From assembly GCA_963761305.1 (NCBI GenBank), contig CAVXGK010000002.1, positions 2,016,001 to 2,080,000 of the forward strand: a stretch of DNA of 64,000 nt. The letters run 5' to 3'. Under the pieces are notes generated by a model. That model did not search any database, was not told the origin of the DNA, and saw only the letters and a program-made list of their open reading frames with translations. The translations under genes and the position numbers were made by a program. Positions 27,849-37,921 of the stretch are shown in pieces. Origin of the DNA: an uncultured Gemmatimonadaceae bacterium. Its GTDB lineage: Bacteria > Gemmatimonadota > Gemmatimonadetes > Gemmatimonadales > Gemmatimonadaceae. Position 1 is the stretch's first letter; every line of letters starts with the position of its first letter.

Positions 27849-29645
27849 ATGCGTTTCAGGCAAAACGGCGTCATCGTCCTGCTCTTCGTCGCCCTCGCGG
27901 GCGTCACGATCGGGATTCTGCGCACGAACCAGGGTCCGTCCGCCCAATCCCGCGGCACGCGGCGCTCGTCGCTCGATCGCAACTTCGTGGTCGACCAGAG
28001 CTCGCTCGTCACGGCGCAACAGATCCTGCGCCTCCCGACCACCCCCGAAGAGCGATCGTACGCGTACGACGCGCTGCGATTGGCCGATCAGGAGCTGGAC
28101 CTCGCGTTTGCCCAACAGGTGCAGACCGCGTCCAACCAGCCGCCATCGAAGTCGCCCGAGGTCAAGCAGCTCAGCGACAAGCTGCAGCAATCGCTTCGCG
28201 ATTCAGTGGGTGACCAGGGGCGCGTCGCCGAGCTGACCACGGGGCTGGCGAAGGCAGGTCCGTCGACGGTGCAAGCGATCAGCGATCGCCTCGAGCTGGC
28301 CAAGGCGCAGGCCGCGCTCGACCAGGACGAAGTCGACGACGCGCGCGGCGACCTGCAGCGCGCCGGCGGCGATCCGCAGGGACGAATTCAGGCCATCATC
28401 GCCGAGCACGACGCCGCGTCTCACGCATCCGACAGCACGCACATCGTGATCACGCCCGCGCCGGAGCGGCGCGGCATGCTCCAGCGCGGCGACGCGCTGC
28501 TCACGCTCCGCGACAAGGTGCGCCAGCTCGACAAGGCCAAGCGCACCGCCGATTCGCTGGCGACGCTCTTCAAGCAGCGCCACGATCGCATCGAGGCGCG
28601 GATCGCGCACATGATCGACAGCGCCACCGCGCAGGTGACGCACGATTCGGCGGCGGCCTTGCTCGCGCTCACGCGGGCGCGCGCGCGCAGCGAAAAATCC
28701 CGCTCGCTGTACGACGAGCGAATCGATGACCAGCGCCGCCTCTCCGACACCTACGCCGCGTGGAGCGGCGTGGTCGCGTCGCAGGCCCGCGTGCTGTCGA
28801 ACGAGTTACTGCGGAGTACGGCGATCATTCTCACGATCGTCCTCGTCGGGATGCTGCTGACGCGTTGGATCGAGTACCTGTTCGGCACGCACGTGGCGGA
28901 TCATCGCCGCGCGCAAACGCTGATGATGATCTCGCGGGCGACGTTCCAGGTGGGCGGGGTGCTGTTGATCCTGCTCGTCGTCTTCGGTCCTCCGAGCGAC
29001 CTGGGGACCGTGCTCGGGTTGCTCGGCGCGGGGCTCACCTTCGCGCTCAAGGACTTCATCATCGGGTTCCTCGGCTGGTTCGTGCTGATGGGCAAGAACG
29101 GGATCCGGGTCGGCGATCAGGTGGAGATAAACGACGTCACCGGCGAAGTCGTCGAGATCGGCATGTTCTACACGGTGCTGCTCGAGACCGGGGCGTGGAG
29201 CGAATCACACCCGACCGGCCGCCGCGTGACGTTCACGAACGGCTTCGCCATCGAAGGACACTACTTCAACTTCTCGACGTCCGGCCGCTGGATGTGGGAC
29301 GAGGTGCACATCGAGGTGCCCCAGGGCCACGACCCGCGCGCGATCGTCGAGGCGCTGGAGAAGCAGATTCAAGCCGCCACGGCGGAAACCGCCCAACAGG
29401 CGGAGCTGGAGTGGAAGGAGGCGCGACGGTCACCGCATGCATCGACGATCGAGGGCGCGCCGTCGATCGGCCTCCGGCCGACGGCGGCCGGCGTCGAAAT
29501 CGTCGCTCGCTACATCACGTCGTCGTCCGGCCGCGACGAGCTGCGCGCGCGCTTGTATCAGACGGCGATCGAGATGATGTCCGGCCGCGACGACGGAAAA
29601 TATTCGTTGCCGAAAGGGGCCGCGGCGGTCGAACAGCGACGGTAA
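27849..29645 (+). CDS. MscS-family mechanosensitive channel with large periplasmic helical N-terminal domain
   Basis: GAGLTFALKDFI..IRVGDQVEINDVTGEVVEIG MscS core. Confidence 0.85.
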   Translation: MRFRQNGVIVLLFVALAGVTIGILRTNQGPSAQSRGTRRSSLDRNFVVDQSSLVTAQQILRLPTTPEERSYAYDALRLADQELDLAFAQQVQTASNQPPSKSPEVKQLSDKLQQSLRDSVGDQGRVAELTTGLAKAGPSTVQAISDRLELAKAQAALDQDEVDDARGDLQRAGGDPQGRIQAIIAEHDAASHASDSTHIVITPAPERRGMLQRGDALLTLRDKVRQLDKAKRTADSLATLFKQRHDRIEARIAHMIDSATAQVTHDSAAALLALTRARARSEKSRSLYDERIDDQRRLSDTYAAWSGVVASQARVLSNELLRSTAIILTIVLVGMLLTRWIEYLFGTHVADHRRAQTLMMISRATFQVGGVLLILLVVFGPPSDLGTVLGLLGAGLTFALKDFIIGFLGWFVLMGKNGIRVGDQVEINDVTGEVVEIGMFYTVLLETGAWSESHPTGRRVTFTNGFAIEGHYFNFSTSGRWMWDEVHIEVPQGHDPRAIVEALEKQIQAATAETAQQAELEWKEARRSPHASTIEGAPSIGLRPTAAGVEIVARYITSSSGRDELRARLYQTAIEMMSGRDDGKYSLPKGAAAVEQRR

Positions 29646-29664
29646 CGAACCCGAAGGTCGACGC

Positions 29665-29976
29665 CTAGTGCGGCGTGATGATCCGCGCCGGCATCGACGA
29701 CGCGCGCGTCGGATCGTGGCGGTCGGCCAGAATTCGCGCCGTGAAGCGCTGCGCCTCCGAGATTCGCTCGACCTCGATCGCGAGCGAGTCCAGCGCCTCC
29801 ATCACCCGTGACGCCGGCTCCTTCACCTCGCCGCGAATCTGCTGCGTGAGCATCATGCGATCGAGCATCGTCTCGGCGCGCTGAGCGCGCCGCAGCGCGA
29901 CGACCCAGAGGGTTCCCAGCAGGATCGAAACCGGCCCGAAGGCCAAGCCGAGCATAAGGACAACGTCCTTGATCAC
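29665..29976 (-). CDS. Small single-TM hypothetical protein
   Basis: Strong AAGGGAGG RBS; TM helix then LAIEVERISEAQRF coiled segment and ITPH end. Confidence 0.75.
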   Translation of the reverse strand: MIKDVVLMLGLAFGPVSILLGTLWVVALRRAQRAETMLDRMMLTQQIRGEVKEPASRVMEALDSLAIEVERISEAQRFTARILADRHDPTRASSMPARIITPH

Positions 29977-30121
29977 GATGCCTCCCTTGGAGTGCGTGCC
30001 GACGCGCGTGGCTGACCGCCTCTACGAAACCATTCGACGGAGGGTTTCGCCAGTGAACCGGCCCCGGTCGTCACCGAACGCGACCTTCCGCCGTTTGAGA
30101 CGCCGCCACATACTAGCCGCC

Positions 30122-30952
30122 ATGGACTACAAAACCATCGACGTGCGGCCGAGCACTCCCGTGCTCGGCGCCGAGATCCGCGGCGCCGACCTCACGCGCC
30201 CCCTGTCCGACGACCAGTGGACCGAAGTGCTCGACGCGTTTCACCGGCATTCGGTCATCTTCTTCCGCGATCAGAAGCCGATGACGCCCGAGCAGCAGGT
30301 GGCGTTCGGCAAGCGGTTCGGTCCGCTGCACTTCCACCCCGCCGCGCCGCACATGGAGGGGCACCCGGAGGTGTTCGTCATCCACGCGCACAAGGACTCG
30401 AAGATCGCCAACGGCGAGTTCTGGCACTCCGACGTCTCGTGCGACGTCGAGCCGCCGCTCGGCTCGATTCTTCAGATTCATCTGCTGCCGCCGGCCGGCG
30501 GCGATACGCTCTTCGCGAGCATGTACGCGGCGTACGACGATCTCTCGCCGCGCATGAAGGTGTATCTCGAGGGACTCAACGCGGTGCACGAGTCCGAGCA
30601 CATCTACCGCGGCCGCTACTCCGACCGTGGCGTGAGCGACGCCGGCAAGGTCTACCCGACCGCCGTCCATCCGATCATCCGCACCCACGCGGACACGGGA
30701 AAGAAGTCGCTCTTCGTCAACCGCACCTTCACCACGCGGATCGAAGGGCTGCCCGAAGAAGAGAGCAAGGCCATGCTGCGATTCTTGTTCGATCACGCCG
30801 AGAGTCCGTGGTATCAGACACGATTCACGTGGCGGGAGAACGACGTGGCGATGTGGGACAATCGCTGCACACAGCACATGGCCATCTGGGACTACTGGCC
30901 GAACGAGCGCAAAGGAAATCGAGTCACGGTGAAGGGAGAGCGTCCGAGATGA
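30122..30952 (+). CDS. tauD: TauD/TfdA-family Fe(II)/2-oxoglutarate dioxygenase
   Basis: WHSDVS, GGDTLFA, WDNRCTQH motifs. Confidence 0.9.
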   Translation: MDYKTIDVRPSTPVLGAEIRGADLTRPLSDDQWTEVLDAFHRHSVIFFRDQKPMTPEQQVAFGKRFGPLHFHPAAPHMEGHPEVFVIHAHKDSKIANGEFWHSDVSCDVEPPLGSILQIHLLPPAGGDTLFASMYAAYDDLSPRMKVYLEGLNAVHESEHIYRGRYSDRGVSDAGKVYPTAVHPIIRTHADTGKKSLFVNRTFTTRIEGLPEEESKAMLRFLFDHAESPWYQTRFTWRENDVAMWDNRCTQHMAIWDYWPNERKGNRVTVKGERPR

Positions 30953-30998
30953 GCAAACGGGGATCTTGATCGACCTGTCTACCGCGCGTCTGGCTGGT

Positions 30999-31799
30999 AT
31001 GCGCTTCGTGCTGACGGCAACGCTCATGATGTCCGGTCTCGCGTCGACCGGCGCGCAGAGCCGAACCGCCGGTCCGTGGATGGACAGCGTCAGCACGCCG
31101 GTCTTTTTGTTCGGCGTGTCTGGCAACGACGCCGACGTCGTCCGCGTCACGCTCCGCGTCGGCTCCCGGATCGCCGAGATCTCCGCACGCGGGGAAGACG
31201 TCAAGCGCTTCGGCGATTCGGCCGTCGTCATCTTCACGCGCGCGCCTCAACCGATCAGCGGCGCGTCGTACGCTCTCGACGGACCGAAGATGCGGCTCAC
31301 ATACGGCGTGGGAAATGGCGGAGCGGTCATTCGTTTTCGCCTCGACGGCAACATCGGCCTCGACGTCGAGCCGACGCTTCCAGATGCGCTGCGCATCGTC
31401 GGGATCCTTCGGGGCGCGGCGTTCTGGGCGGTCGAGCAACATCGCATCGCCGTGAATCCGCGCCACCCCTACCCGCCCGCGCCGGCGGCGGGGTTCGACA
31501 CGTACTCGGAGTCTCAAGTGGACCGGCCGGCGTCCGCGCGCCCTGGCAATCGGCCGCCGACCTACCCACCGCTGTTCCACTCCGCGAAAGTCGAAGGCGA
31601 GGTTCTCGCGATATTCGTCGTCGACACACTCGGACGCGTCGACACGAGCACCTTTCACGTACTCAAATCCACGCACGACTTGTTCACGCAAGCCGTCAAG
31701 GCCGCCGTGGCTCGGTATTCGTTCCGGCCGGCCGAGCTTGACGGGCGGAAGGTGAAACAGTTGGTCCAGATGCCTTTCGATTTTTCGATGATGCCGTGA
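30999..31799 (+). CDS. TonB C-terminal domain protein
   Basis: YP..VEGEVLAIFVVDTLGRVD..FRPAELDGRKVKQLVQMPFDF. Confidence 0.8.
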   Translation: MRFVLTATLMMSGLASTGAQSRTAGPWMDSVSTPVFLFGVSGNDADVVRVTLRVGSRIAEISARGEDVKRFGDSAVVIFTRAPQPISGASYALDGPKMRLTYGVGNGGAVIRFRLDGNIGLDVEPTLPDALRIVGILRGAAFWAVEQHRIAVNPRHPYPPAPAAGFDTYSESQVDRPASARPGNRPPTYPPLFHSAKVEGEVLAIFVVDTLGRVDTSTFHVLKSTHDLFTQAVKAAVARYSFRPAELDGRKVKQLVQMPFDFSMMP

Positions 31800-31845
31800 C
31801 ACCGGTGGATCGGTCCACGGGTCCACCGATCCGCCGCTCCACCGG

Positions 31846-32118
31846 TCATCGGAGAAATCGCCTCGCCAGCGATTCGAGTCGGTCATCACCGGACGCTTGC
31901 GCTCGCGCGAGAATTCGGCGCACGTGCTCATAGAGTTTGCGCTCGCCCCAGTAGTAGCCCGTCGCCTGCTCCGCGCTCGCCGTCTCTCCCTCACGCGCCG
32001 CCTCGAGCAGCACCTCGGCCGCCACGGCGTCGAACGACGCATCGTCGCGCGCGGGAAGCACGTACCGTTTTCCCGGCTCGCCTGATCCGGCGTCCTCGTT
32101 GACGAACGCGCGCGACAT
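31846..32118 (-). CDS. Small hypothetical protein
   Basis: GGAGG RBS, ATG, 90-aa helical sequence directly downstream of the protease gene. Confidence 0.7.
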   Translation of the reverse strand: MSRAFVNEDAGSGEPGKRYVLPARDDASFDAVAAEVLLEAAREGETASAEQATGYYWGERKLYEHVRRILARAQASGDDRLESLARRFLR

Positions 32119-32148
32119 GCCTCGGACCTCCGCTGATCTCGCGCGAAA

Positions 32149-33189
32149 CTAGCGCGACGGGCTTTCGCTCGGAATGATCGGGAAGGTGCGTCGCGCGCCG
32201 TCGCGCACGACAGTAATCGGCGCCGTGCGTCCGATCGCCTCGCTCACCAGCAAGCGCTGCAGGTCGTCGACGCTTCCCACTCTCGAACCCGCGAGCTCGA
32301 CGACGATGTCGCGGGGCCGAAGGCCCGCCGATTCCGCGGGACTGTTCGGCATCACCGCCGTGAGTAACACTCCGCCGGCTCCATCGAGGTGGCTGATGTG
32401 CATGCGCCGCCGCGACAGCGTGATCGTCTGGCCACTCACGCCGATCCACCCGCGTCGCACGCGTCCGTCGCGAATGAGTTGCGGAATGACGAACCGTGCC
32501 GTGTTCACCGGAACGGCAAAGCAGATACCCTGCGCCCCCGCGATCACTGCCGTGTTGATCCCCACGACTTCGCCGCGCGAGTCGACGAGCGGCCCACCCG
32601 AGTTGCCCGGATTCAACGCCGCGTCGGTCTGAATCACGCCGTCGATCAATCGGCCCGACTGCGAGCGCATCGTTCGGCCGAGCGCGCTCACCACGCCCGT
32701 CGTCACGGTCGAGGCAAAGCCCAGCGGGTTGCCGATCGCGATGACCACCTGCCCCGCGCGCAAGCGCGACGAATCGCCGAGCGACGCGGTGACGAGCGAA
32801 GGAACGTCCACGCGCACGACCGCCAGGTCTGTATCCGGATCGACCCCCACCAGCTCGGCCGCGTGGCTCTCACCGTCGGCGAACGTCGCACGAATCCGCG
32901 TCGCGCCTTCGACGACGTGGCTGTTCGTGAGCAAGAACCCGTCGGGCGTGAACACGAACCCCGAGCCGGCGCCGGAACGCTCAGCGTCGGCCGCGCGCCG
33001 GCCGCGCCCACGGCGCGTGGGTGAAGACTCGAGCGTTACTTCGAGGTGGGCGACCGACGGCGCGACGCGATCCACCGCGCCCACGACCGCCGTCGAGTAA
33101 GCATCCAGCAGTTCCGAACTATCGTCCCGCGACGGATCCGACGTAACGGCTGAGGCCGGAACCGTATTGTCTCTGAGTAGCTGCAGCAT
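32149..33189 (-). CDS. HtrA/DegP-like trypsin serine protease with one PDZ domain (no signal peptide seen)
   Basis: GSGF, LTNSHVV, DLAVV, QTDAALNPGNSGGPL. Confidence 0.93.
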   Translation of the reverse strand: MLQLLRDNTVPASAVTSDPSRDDSSELLDAYSTAVVGAVDRVAPSVAHLEVTLESSPTRRGRGRRAADAERSGAGSGFVFTPDGFLLTNSHVVEGATRIRATFADGESHAAELVGVDPDTDLAVVRVDVPSLVTASLGDSSRLRAGQVVIAIGNPLGFASTVTTGVVSALGRTMRSQSGRLIDGVIQTDAALNPGNSGGPLVDSRGEVVGINTAVIAGAQGICFAVPVNTARFVIPQLIRDGRVRRGWIGVSGQTITLSRRRMHISHLDGAGGVLLTAVMPNSPAESAGLRPRDIVVELAGSRVGSVDDLQRLLVSEAIGRTAPITVVRDGARRTFPIIPSESPSR

Positions 33190-33224
33190 ACTCTGAAAAT
33201 ACGGACGGCGGGAACCCGAGTGGC

Positions 33225-33588
33225 GAGGGGTGAGGACGAGGAACGAGGGTGACAAACCCCGAAGGGGACGAAGGGCGAACCTAACGAAGAGCGAGGCTAA
33301 CGAACTGCGAGAGGGCGAGAACTGCGAGAGGGCGAGAACTGCGAACGGACGCCTGACCTCTGACGACTCACGAAACGGATATCAACGATCTCGCCTCTCG
33401 TTACCCTCGCCGTTTGTTAGTTTCGCCGTTTGTTAGTTTCGCCGTTTGTTAGTTTCGCCGTTTGTTAGTTTCGCCGTTTGTTAGTTTCGCCGTTTGTTAG
33501 TTTCGCCGTTTGTTAGTTTCGCCGTTTGTTAGTTTCGCCGTTTGTTAGTTTCGCCGTTTGTTAGTTTCGCCGTCTGTTATCTTCGCCG
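33225..33588. repeat. Palindromic repeat element: degenerate purine-rich arm plus 10 perfect and 1 degenerate TTTGTTAGTTTCGCCG (33413-33588)
   Basis: Counted directly; the array abuts the permease stop codon at 33589. Confidence 0.93.
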
Positions 33589-36261
33589 TCAGGTTCTCAG
33601 CGCCTCGAGCGGATCGATCCTCGTCGCTCTCCTCGCCGGCACATAGCTCGCCACTCCCGCGACGACCGCGAGTCCCGCCGCGACGACCGCGTACGTCGTC
33701 GCATCGTGCGTCGTGATCCCGTACATCAGCGCCGCCAGGAACCTCGCGAGTGCGCTCGCGACCGCGGTTCCTACGACGACGCCGGCAAGGCCGAGCACGA
33801 GTCCCTCGCGGACCACCATCCACTGCAACGTGCTTCCCTGAGCGCCGAGCGCCATGCGAACTCCGAACTCGTGGGTCCGCTGCGCCACGAGGTACGCGAT
33901 GACCCCGTAGACGCCGACGATTGCCAGCGCGAGCCCGGTTCCCCCGAGCAGGATGAGCAGCCACATCGTGAAGCGCGGAGTCGCTTGCAGATCGGCGAAC
34001 GCGGCGTCCATCGTCGTCGTGCCGGAGAGCGCGAGATCGGGATCCACCGTGCCCACCGCCCGGCGGATGGACGGAAGCAGCGTCGAAACCGGAACGGACC
34101 CGCGAACGAGATACGCCATCGAGAAGTTCTGCGGCCACTGCGCGGCCGGCATGTACATCTCGCGCGGGGGATCCTCGGCCTTCCCCTTCGCGCGCGTGTC
34201 GCCGACGACACCGACCACCGTGCGCCACACCGGGCCGGCGTTCGTCGCCGACGCACAGCTGGTGATCAACTGGCCCACCGGATCGGCGTCGCCGTACAGA
34301 TCGTGCGCGAGCCCGCGCGTGATGACGGCGACAGGCGAACCGTCGGCCACATCCGAACTGTTGAACGCGCGTCCTCGAACGACCGGCTGGTCGATCGCGC
34401 CGAAGTAGCGCGCATTGGCGCTGCGCATGTTGGCGTGAAACGCGCGGTCATCGTGGCCGTTGCTTCCAGGACGCATGGCGTTGCAGTTCCATTGACCGCC
34501 GTGCTGCACCGGCGCCAATGACGTTCGTCCAACCGCCTTCACGCCGGGAATGGCGGCGATCGCTTGATCCAGTCTCAGGAACCCGGCCTCGAGCGCGCCG
34601 GGCACCGAGGCGTAACGCCGCGGTGGCAGCAGGATGTTGGTGATCAGCAGGTTGTCGGTCGAAAACCCGGGCTGCACGGCCTGGAGAAGCGCCCAACTCC
34701 GAATGAGGAGAGCCGCGCCGACGAGCAGCACTTGCACCAGACACAATTCGCCGATCACGAGTAGTCCGCGCAGCCGGTCGCGCGCCGAGACCGACGCTTC
34801 ACGCCCGCCGTCCCGCAGCGTTTGCTGCAAATCCGTTCTCGCCACGCGAATCGCCGGCAGAAGTCCGAAGAGCAGCGAGCACACAACCGCCACGCCGAAC
34901 GTGAAGACGACGACCGGCGCATTGAGCGTCGAATCGCGCAGCCGCGCCAGCGCGGCCGGACTCGTCACGAGAAATCGCACGCCGGCCCACGACACCAGCA
35001 GCCCGAGCAGCCCCCCGGCGACTGCCAGGATCAGGCTTTCGACGAGCAGCTGTCCGACGATGCGCCCGCGCGAGGCGCCCAACGCGCCGCGAATCGCGAT
35101 CTCCGCGCGACGCGCCTTCGCTCGCGCGATGAGCAAGTTGGAGACGTTGGCGCACGCGATCAGCAGCACGAGCGTCACCGCGCCGAGGAGGGTGAGCAGA
35201 AGCGTGCGGTCGATCGGTCCGACCATGTCGTCCGCATAGCGGCGCACGGCGACGTCGTCGAATCCGGAGTTGGGATAGTCCTGCGCCAAGCGCCGCTCGA
35301 TCGTCGACAGCTCGCTTCGCGCCTGGTCGATCGACACGCCCGGTTTCACGAGAGCGTGGACCGTGAGCTCGTGGTCGCTATGGTCGTTCCAGCGCGACGC
35401 CTCGACCTTCATCGGTACCCAGATGAGCTCCGCCGGCCAGCCGATCGTGTGGTCCTGCGGTGCGACGCCGACGACGGTGAAATCGGTTCCGCTGAGCGTG
35501 ATCTGTTTGCCGACAATCGACGTGTCGGCGTTGAGCCGCGTGCGCCAGACCGCTTCCGAGAGCACCGCGACCGGCGTGGCGCTCGCGCGCTCGTCGTCCG
35601 GCGTGTAGTAGCGGCCGATGACGGGCGGAATGAACTCGACGTTCCAGAAGCTGCCGGTCGTCGACAGCGTCGTGATCGGCGCGGGGTCGCCCCGACCGGT
35701 CATCGTGCGAGGACCACCGCCCCAGAAGGCGCCGATGACCGCGAGCGAGTGCGTGTTGTCGCGCCACGTCGCATAGTTGCCGAACGTCACCGCGTTGACG
35801 TTCGCCCCGACGCGCTCGCCGACCGTGATCACGCGGTCGCTGTTGGCGAACGGCAACGGCTTCAGCATCACGGCGTAAACGACGCTGAAGATCGCGCTGT
35901 TCGCGCCGATGCCCAGTGCCAGCGTGACGAGCACGGTGGCCGTGAAACCGGGAGCCTTCCGCAGTTGGCGAAGGCCGAATACAACGTCCTGTCTGATCGT
36001 CTCTAGCCGTTCGCTCAGTGCCATTCTCCGCTCCCGCTGTCGGCTCAGGGTGTAGAGGGTTTCGCCAATGCGACCGACGTCCCCGAACTTCGCTCGCGCC
36101 GCCTCCCGCGCCGCGGCCGGCGTCATTCCTCCCGCGACGAGCTCGTCGATCGTGGATTGCAGATGGAACTCGAGTTCCTCGTCCACGTCGCGCGCGGGAT
36201 TCCCGCGCAGGAATCGCGCGTATCGCCGCCACGTCGGCACATGATCGTCGTTCGGGATCAC
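33589..36261 (-). CDS. ADOP-type duplicated MacB/FtsX ABC permease with N-terminal prefix domain
   Basis: DVDEELEFHL..AARAKFGD prefix; LALGIGANSAIFS; IDPLEALRT; GTG overlaps the padR TGA. Confidence 0.93.
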   Translation of the reverse strand: MIPNDDHVPTWRRYARFLRGNPARDVDEELEFHLQSTIDELVAGGMTPAAAREAARAKFGDVGRIGETLYTLSRQRERRMALSERLETIRQDVVFGLRQLRKAPGFTATVLVTLALGIGANSAIFSVVYAVMLKPLPFANSDRVITVGERVGANVNAVTFGNYATWRDNTHSLAVIGAFWGGGPRTMTGRGDPAPITTLSTTGSFWNVEFIPPVIGRYYTPDDERASATPVAVLSEAVWRTRLNADTSIVGKQITLSGTDFTVVGVAPQDHTIGWPAELIWVPMKVEASRWNDHSDHELTVHALVKPGVSIDQARSELSTIERRLAQDYPNSGFDDVAVRRYADDMVGPIDRTLLLTLLGAVTLVLLIACANVSNLLIARAKARRAEIAIRGALGASRGRIVGQLLVESLILAVAGGLLGLLVSWAGVRFLVTSPAALARLRDSTLNAPVVVFTFGVAVVCSLLFGLLPAIRVARTDLQQTLRDGGREASVSARDRLRGLLVIGELCLVQVLLVGAALLIRSWALLQAVQPGFSTDNLLITNILLPPRRYASVPGALEAGFLRLDQAIAAIPGVKAVGRTSLAPVQHGGQWNCNAMRPGSNGHDDRAFHANMRSANARYFGAIDQPVVRGRAFNSSDVADGSPVAVITRGLAHDLYGDADPVGQLITSCASATNAGPVWRTVVGVVGDTRAKGKAEDPPREMYMPAAQWPQNFSMAYLVRGSVPVSTLLPSIRRAVGTVDPDLALSGTTTMDAAFADLQATPRFTMWLLILLGGTGLALAIVGVYGVIAYLVAQRTHEFGVRMALGAQGSTLQWMVVREGLVLGLAGVVVGTAVASALARFLAALMYGITTHDATTYAVVAAGLAVVAGVASYVPARRATRIDPLEALRT

Positions 36262-36611
36262 ACGGATTCCCGCCGCGCCGTCATGATCCTTCCGATCGCG
36301 CCCGTCATCCGCGCCCACGACTCGGACTCGGCGTCCAGCTGCCGTTTGCCGTTCGCCGTGAGACGATAGTACTTGGCGCGTCGTCCATTCTCGGTGAGCG
36401 CCCACTGCGCCTTGATCCAGCCCCGGTTTTCCATTCGATAGAGCGCCGGATAGAGCGAGCCCTCTTCCACGCGCAGCAGGTCCTCGGTCGTCTGCTGAAT
36501 CCACCGCGCGAGCCCAAATCCGTGCATCGGTCCCCAGGAGAGGGACTTCAGGACGATCAGGTCGAGTGTGCCCTGAAGGAGCTCGATCGAGCGAGAGGCC
36601 GTCATGCTCAC
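36258..36611 (-). CDS. PadR-family transcriptional regulator (acidobacterial type)
   Basis: LLQGTLDLIVLKSL, HGFG, VEEGSLYPALYR, RRAKYYRLT. Confidence 0.93.
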   Translation of the reverse strand: MSMTASRSIELLQGTLDLIVLKSLSWGPMHGFGLARWIQQTTEDLLRVEEGSLYPALYRMENRGWIKAQWALTENGRRAKYYRLTANGKRQLDAESESWARMTGAIGRIMTARRESV

Positions 36612-36624
36612 TTAGACGTTCTAG
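36612..36624. promoter_or_regulatory. Candidate PadR operator, TAGA-N3-TCTA inverted repeat
   Basis: TTAGACGTTCTAG directly upstream of the padR start; function inferred. Confidence 0.45.
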
Positions 36625-36736
36625 GGTGAAAAAGGGTTGGAACCTGGTTAGCATCGCTGTTCGTCATCTGCGCGGTTCGTTAGCTTCGCCTTCGGTGTTT
36701 CGCGTTTCTCCGGTGCTGGCACTAAGATCCCCAATC

Positions 36737-37921
36737 GTGAGCTCCCCGACGCCTCCCGTTCTCGTTCTTGGATCGGGTCTGACCATCCTCGGAGCAATCC
36801 GTCTCCTTGGGCGCGCGGGGTTTACGCCGCTCGTCGTGAGTGACCGCCCGGGCATCGCCAAGAGATCGCGCTGGTATCGCCCGGCGCCTGCCTCTCGGTC
36901 GACGGCAAACCCACGCACCGATCTCGCCGCGTGGCTGGATGGGCTGCCGCTCGAACGGGCCGTTCTCCTCCCGTGCGAGGACGACTGGGCGCTCCGCGTC
37001 TCGCAGTGCGCGACCGAGGTTGGCAACCGATTCCCATCGAGCCTGTCGAGCTACGCGAGCCTTCAGGAGTTGATCGACAAAGGCGGATTGGCGTGTCTGC
37101 TCGACGAGTTGGAGCTCCCGCATCCGCGAACCATTCAGATCGACCCCGGAACCGACCCCGAGTCGTTGCCGGACTCGGTCCTCGAGCACGTCTTCCTCAA
37201 GCCGCGGGATTCGGCGGCCTTCCATCGCCAGTTCGGGGTGAAGGCGTTTCGAGTCTCTTCACGCGCCGAGCTGGCCACACGCCTGGCCGACACCCGGCGG
37301 TTCAACCTGTCCGTCCAGCTCCAGGAATACGTGCCCGGTCCGCCGTCGAACCACTTCTACGTAGAAGGATTCATCGACCGTGACGGTGCCCGTCGCGCGC
37401 TGTTCGTGCGCCAACGGCTCCGCATGTACCCGCTCGACTTCGGGAACAGCACCCTGTTCGAGAGCGTCGAGGCCTCGGTCGTTCCCGACGCCGTCGTATC
37501 GATCTGGCGGTTGCTCTCTCACGTTCAGTACCGCGGCATCTTCAGCGCGGAGTTCAAGCGCGACGCGCGCGACGGCATCTGCCGGCTCATCGAAGTCAAC
37601 GCGCGTCCGTGGTGGTACGTGGAGTTCGCCGGCCAGTGCGGCATCAACCTGTGCGCTATGGCCGTGCGCGATGCGCTCGGCGAAACGGTGTCCGACGTCG
37701 ATCACTACGAAATTGGGAAATCGTGCGTGTATCCGTACTACGACTACTACGCCTGCCGCGAGCTTCGGGCCGTGGGCGGACTGTCTGTCGCCGGGTGGCT
37801 GGCCTCCTGGATGCGCGCCACGCAGCCCGTGCTCCGATGGAGCGATCCGATTCCGGCGCTCAGTGACACGACGTCGTTGGTGAAGCGACGCGCGTCGTCG
37901 TACCTTCGCCGCGCCGGCTGA
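36737..37921 (+). CDS. ATP-grasp carboxylate-amine ligase (D-aspartate ligase-like)
   Basis: FLKP, LQEYVPG, AEFKRDARDG..LIEVNAR. Confidence 0.85.
   Translation: MSSPTPPVLVLGSGLTILGAIRLLGRAGFTPLVVSDRPGIAKRSRWYRPAPASRSTANPRTDLAAWLDGLPLERAVLLPCEDDWALRVSQCATEVGNRFPSSLSSYASLQELIDKGGLACLLDELELPHPRTIQIDPGTDPESLPDSVLEHVFLKPRDSAAFHRQFGVKAFRVSSRAELATRLADTRRFNLSVQLQEYVPGPPSNHFYVEGFIDRDGARRALFVRQRLRMYPLDFGNSTLFESVEASVVPDAVVSIWRLLSHVQYRGIFSAEFKRDARDGICRLIEVNARPWWYVEFAGQCGINLCAMAVRDALGETVSDVDHYEIGKSCVYPYYDYYACRELRAVGGLSVAGWLASWMRATQPVLRWSDPIPALSDTTSLVKRRASSYLRRAG

Noticed and set aside
36262..36654. Permease N-terminal extension
   Set aside because: Off-frame overlap with padR.
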